DNA of 19,023 nt from Acaryochloridaceae cyanobacterium VAR_48_metabat_390 (GTDB taxonomy: Bacteria; Cyanobacteriota; Cyanobacteriia; Thermosynechococcales; Thermosynechococcaceae), in NCBI GenBank assembly GCA_031422435.1, contig JANPLU010000093.1:1-19023 (forward strand), in the 5' to 3' direction. A program made the translations under genes and the position numbers. The notes under the pieces are model-generated. The model was not told where the DNA came from, ran no database searches, and saw only the letters and a program-made list of their open reading frames with translations. Each line of letters opens with the position of its first letter. The stretch's first letter is position 1. Positions 16,480 to 19,023 of this stretch are shown here, piece after piece.

Positions 16480-16631
16480 TAAGCCGTTTTACCTTTACTA
16501 ACCTTTGAACAAACTTATTAAGGCACCCCCAGTAAGAGAGTCTCTCAAAGACCTCAAATAACTGACTGCTCAGTATAACTTGTTCTGACTCATCCTTAAG
16601 CCTTCGCTGAATACAGGATTGAACCCTGATT

Positions 16632-17387
16632 TCAGGTGCTTTGGTCTGAACTAATTTCAACACCGAGTGCCTTGAGTTGTACCGCAAGCTGGTCTGCCCG
16701 CTGGCGCTCTTGATCTGTTCGCTGTTGCTCCTGCTGAAGGCGCTCAGTCCCCCAAAGTAAGCATTGACCGGACGCATCCCAAAAGCGGATCCATCGGTCT
16801 TCGACTTCTGCTTTTTTACCTTGCCATACGCCTAAAAAAAGATTTAAGGCATCTAACCAAAATCGCCCGTTGATGTCGGGGAATTGTTCTTTATATTTAC
16901 CCTCCACTAGGGCATAAACCTCTAAAGCACCTGTTTCAGGATGGAAAATGACGTAGGTTGGAATTTTTAAGATCTGCTCGTAAAAGTACCACTTGCCGTA
17001 GGGATAATGCGGGTTAATGGAATATTCACCGCCCTCTGTCGCTGAAATAAACTCCATAACAATAGCAGGGAGTCCTCCTTCAGCGTGGGGGGTGTAGCTC
17101 CGGCGATTTGTGCCAGGGGGTACGGGAGTCACACTGGGGACGTAAACCCAATCCGGTGCTTTGACAACGGTCTTATCGCCGACGGTGGCACAGATGACAA
17201 AGTTGGTGGCGATAATCATGGAATCTAAAATAAGACCTGCGAGTTCTAAGGATTCACGCAGGGCAGCAGCGAGGAGGGGTTGGAGAAGATTATCCACGGG
17301 GTCGTCGGGGAGTGGGTAGTCATCGGGCAGTTTCTCCCAGGTGATGGTGGGGAGGGTTGGGCGCGTTGGGGTTTGAAGGGTGGTCAT
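16632..17387 (-). CDS. Uma2 (DUF820) family PD-(D/E)xK endonuclease-like protein
   Basis: ITWEKLPDDYPLPDDPVDN, KAPDWVYV, IVMEFIS, KWYFYEQILKIPTYVIF and a C-terminal QERQRADQLA coiled coil. ATG at 17387. Confidence 0.92.
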   Translation of the reverse strand: MTTLQTPTRPTLPTITWEKLPDDYPLPDDPVDNLLQPLLAAALRESLELAGLILDSMIIATNFVICATVGDKTVVKAPDWVYVPSVTPVPPGTNRRSYTPHAEGGLPAIVMEFISATEGGEYSINPHYPYGKWYFYEQILKIPTYVIFHPETGALEVYALVEGKYKEQFPDINGRFWLDALNLFLGVWQGKKAEVEDRWIRFWDASGQCLLWGTERLQQEQQRTDQERQRADQLAVQLKALGVEISSDQST

Positions 17388-17479
17388 AGCGCTGGCACCT
17401 ATAAGAGCGGAGCGGTTGCTTCTCATTCTAATGCGGACTTTTGGGGCGCAGCGGACTCTGGGTGCACAGCGATCGCCAT

Positions 17480-18655
17480 TTAAGGAAGACGTTCGTAGAG
17501 TGTATTGCGCTGCTGCCAGGGGCGGTCTAGGGTGGTGATCGCCCCCTGTAGTTGCGCCACCGTCATACAAGTCCCCCCTTGGGCACCTGCCATCGCCGTA
17601 ATGTGTTCCTCCATGAGTGTGCCACCGAGGTCGTTACAGCCCCAGCGCAATGCTTCTGCGGCTCCGGCTAAGCCCAGTTTGACCCAGCTCGGCTGATGGT
17701 TTTTAATCCAGCGTCCTAGAAAAAGACGGGCGACGGCAGTGAGATGCAGGGCATCTTGCAAAATGGGCTGGTCGTGCCCTACTTTTTTGCGAAGGGGCTT
17801 GGGGGCATCTTGCCCAATGTAGGGCAGCAAAATAAATTCGGTAATGCCGATGTTGTCGCGTTTGTGGGCGCGCTGCTGGAGCGATCGCAGGTGTGCTAAA
17901 TGCTCAATCTGCTGCTCTGGCGTTTCGATATGGCCTGAAAGCATGGTGCTAGTGGTTGGCATCCCTAGTTGATGCGCCGTTTCTACAATTTCTAGCCATG
18001 TAGCAGTGTCTATTTTTTCGGGACACAGTACCCGCCGCACTTCGTCATTGAGCACTTCAGCGGCGGTTCCCGGCATGGACTGTACGCCAGCCCCCTTGAG
18101 CGCTGCAATCACGGCTGCGTAGCTCAGCCCATCCTCACGGGCAATAAACTGGATTTCTTGAGGCGAAAAGGCGTGGAGGTGCAGCGCGGGGAATGCCTCT
18201 TGGAGCGTTTCGGCGAGTTTGACGTAATAAGGAAGCGATCGCCCTTCTATCTTTGCCCCTGGGTGCAGTCCCCCCTGCATACAAATTTCTGTAATGCCTT
18301 GGGCGACGCCATCGGCTGCTTTTTCAACCATTTGCTGATGGGAGAGCCAATAGGCATCCTCATCGCTTTCATTGCGACGAAAGGCGCAAAAGCCACAGTG
18401 CTGTTCGCAGATATTGGTGAAGTTAATGTTGCGGTTGACCACGTAGGTGACGGTTTCGCCCACCAGCGATCGCCGTAATTCATCCGCCGCCTGCTGAATC
18501 TGTTGGATGACTCCTGGATCTCGTTGCTGAAGCAGTAACACCCCTTCGTGAGGCGTAAGGTCTTTTCGCGATAAGGTGCGGTCTAGGAGGGTAGAAATGG
18601 TTGAAGCAGGAGCAAGCACAGGTTTTACCCAATCATGGATATGGCATGGAGCCAC
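17480..18655 (-). CDS. cofH: FO (7,8-didemethyl-8-hydroxy-5-deazariboflavin) synthase subunit CofH, radical SAM
   Basis: [24 protein letters not shown] (CxxxCxxC), [33 protein letters not shown] and [14 protein letters not shown]. The start codon is uncertain and may be a later GTG. Confidence 0.93.
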   Translation of the reverse strand: MAPCHIHDWVKPVLAPASTISTLLDRTLSRKDLTPHEGVLLLQQRDPGVIQQIQQAADELRRSLVGETVTYVVNRNINFTNICEQHCGFCAFRRNESDEDAYWLSHQQMVEKAADGVAQGITEICMQGGLHPGAKIEGRSLPYYVKLAETLQEAFPALHLHAFSPQEIQFIAREDGLSYAAVIAALKGAGVQSMPGTAAEVLNDEVRRVLCPEKIDTATWLEIVETAHQLGMPTTSTMLSGHIETPEQQIEHLAHLRSLQQRAHKRDNIGITEFILLPYIGQDAPKPLRKKVGHDQPILQDALHLTAVARLFLGRWIKNHQPSWVKLGLAGAAEALRWGCNDLGGTLMEEHITAMAGAQGGTCMTVAQLQGAITTLDRPWQQRNTLYERLP

Positions 18656-18796
18656 TTCTAATATTGTGACGGTAATTTATCAGATTGGATAGCTTGATGC
18701 ACCACCCAGGAGTCCAATGCAGATTAGCAAACGCTTTTAGTAAAGCTGATGAGAGCGGCGACACAGTGGTTAGTAGAAAAGTTCAAAATTGCATTT

Positions 18797-18825
18797 AGAA
18801 AAGCGCCCCTCATTGAGGGGCGCTT
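18797..18825 (-). terminator. Rho-independent terminator of psbA
   Basis: 11-bp stem AAGCGCCCCTC-att-GAGGGGCGCTT (18801-18825) about 30 nt after the psbA stop, ending in a UUUUCU tract on the minus strand. Confidence 0.85.
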
Positions 18826-18854
18826 CTCTGTCTTACATTCAGTTCATCTAGAGA

Positions 18855-19023
18855 CTAGCCATTGATAGCAGGAGCAGTCATTGCCACAGGCGCAGACTCA
18901 CCAGCTGCCAAATCGAGCGGGAAGTTGTGCGCATTTCTTTCATGCATCACTTCAAAGCCCAAGTTCGCGCGGTTCAATACATCTGCCCAGGTATTGATGA
19001 CGTTGCCTTGGCTATCAACAATA
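18855..19023 (-). CDS. psbA: Photosystem II D1 protein, C-terminal fragment (continues off the right edge)
   Basis: Manual translation gives [55 protein letters not shown]. Confidence 0.98.
   Translation of the reverse strand, partial: IVDSQGNVINTWADVLNRANLGFEVMHERNAHNFPLDLAAGESAPVAMTAPAING

Larger units (their letters stand above)
4..18473. repeat. HIP1 octamer GCGATCGC, dispersed (about 24 copies)
   Basis: Seen by eye at about 4, 163, 947, 1997, 2275, 4713, 5130, 7926, 8713, 9381, 9950, 10499, 12550, 13271, 13311, 13385, 14142, 14549, 15226, 16419, 17469, 17881, 18235 and 18466. Confidence 0.95.

Noticed and set aside
16632..17387. Uma2 nuclease as part of a defence system
   Set aside because: Uma2/DUF820 genes are highly multicopy and scattered in cyanobacteria, and there is no methylase, ATPase or repeat array nearby.
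17388..17570. Uma2 extension overlapping cofH (possible fusion or frameshift)
   Set aside because: cofH ends normally with RNTLYERLP, and Uma2 homology begins at MTTLQTP (17387). I saw no slippery site.
661..18483. Numerous 60-180 aa ORFs antisense to or out of frame within the housekeeping genes
   Set aside because: They are shadows of well-supported genes and have no recognisable motifs.
2758..18655. hemL, hemF, menF, cofH, sodB and the ABC1 kinase as one cofactor-biosynthesis cluster
   Set aside because: They lie on different strands, belong to unrelated pathways and are interspersed with unrelated genes. This is normal scattered cyanobacterial gene order.
1..19023. CRISPR array, tRNA, rRNA or a known riboswitch
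   Set aside because: No regularly spaced direct repeats, cloverleaf or recognisable conserved RNA motif was seen in any intergenic region. An Infernal/Rfam scan would be needed to exclude small RNAs.

Overview
Cyanobacterial chromosomal DNA: about 24 HIP1 octamers (GCGATCGC) counted by eye, plus psbA, cofH and a GlgA2-type glycogen synthase. Most of it is ordinary housekeeping, in order: recN (5' part), an ABC1/UbiB kinase, hemL, DUF58, an ABM-like protein, glgA, a small secreted protein, DUF3386, a CAX antiporter, sodB, menF, hemF, DUF3352, a Uma2 nuclease, cofH and the 3' end of psbA. The most unusual structure is at 5540-6556. A decayed IS1-family element (5597-6499, A6C frameshift site, in-frame amber stop) has no direct target duplication and is instead bracketed by 57-bp inverted arms identical at 56/57 positions. 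The one mismatch falls on the conserved A of a -10 box, so only the right end reads as a good outward promoter (TTGACG-N17-TAGGCT). The element lies between two divergent genes, which suggests a candidate invertible promoter switch; this is a hypothesis, not shown. Other points of note are a perfect HLR1/RpaB box upstream of the ABC1 kinase and a CAX homologue that has lost canonical ion-binding residues. No CRISPR array, tRNA or rRNA was seen.
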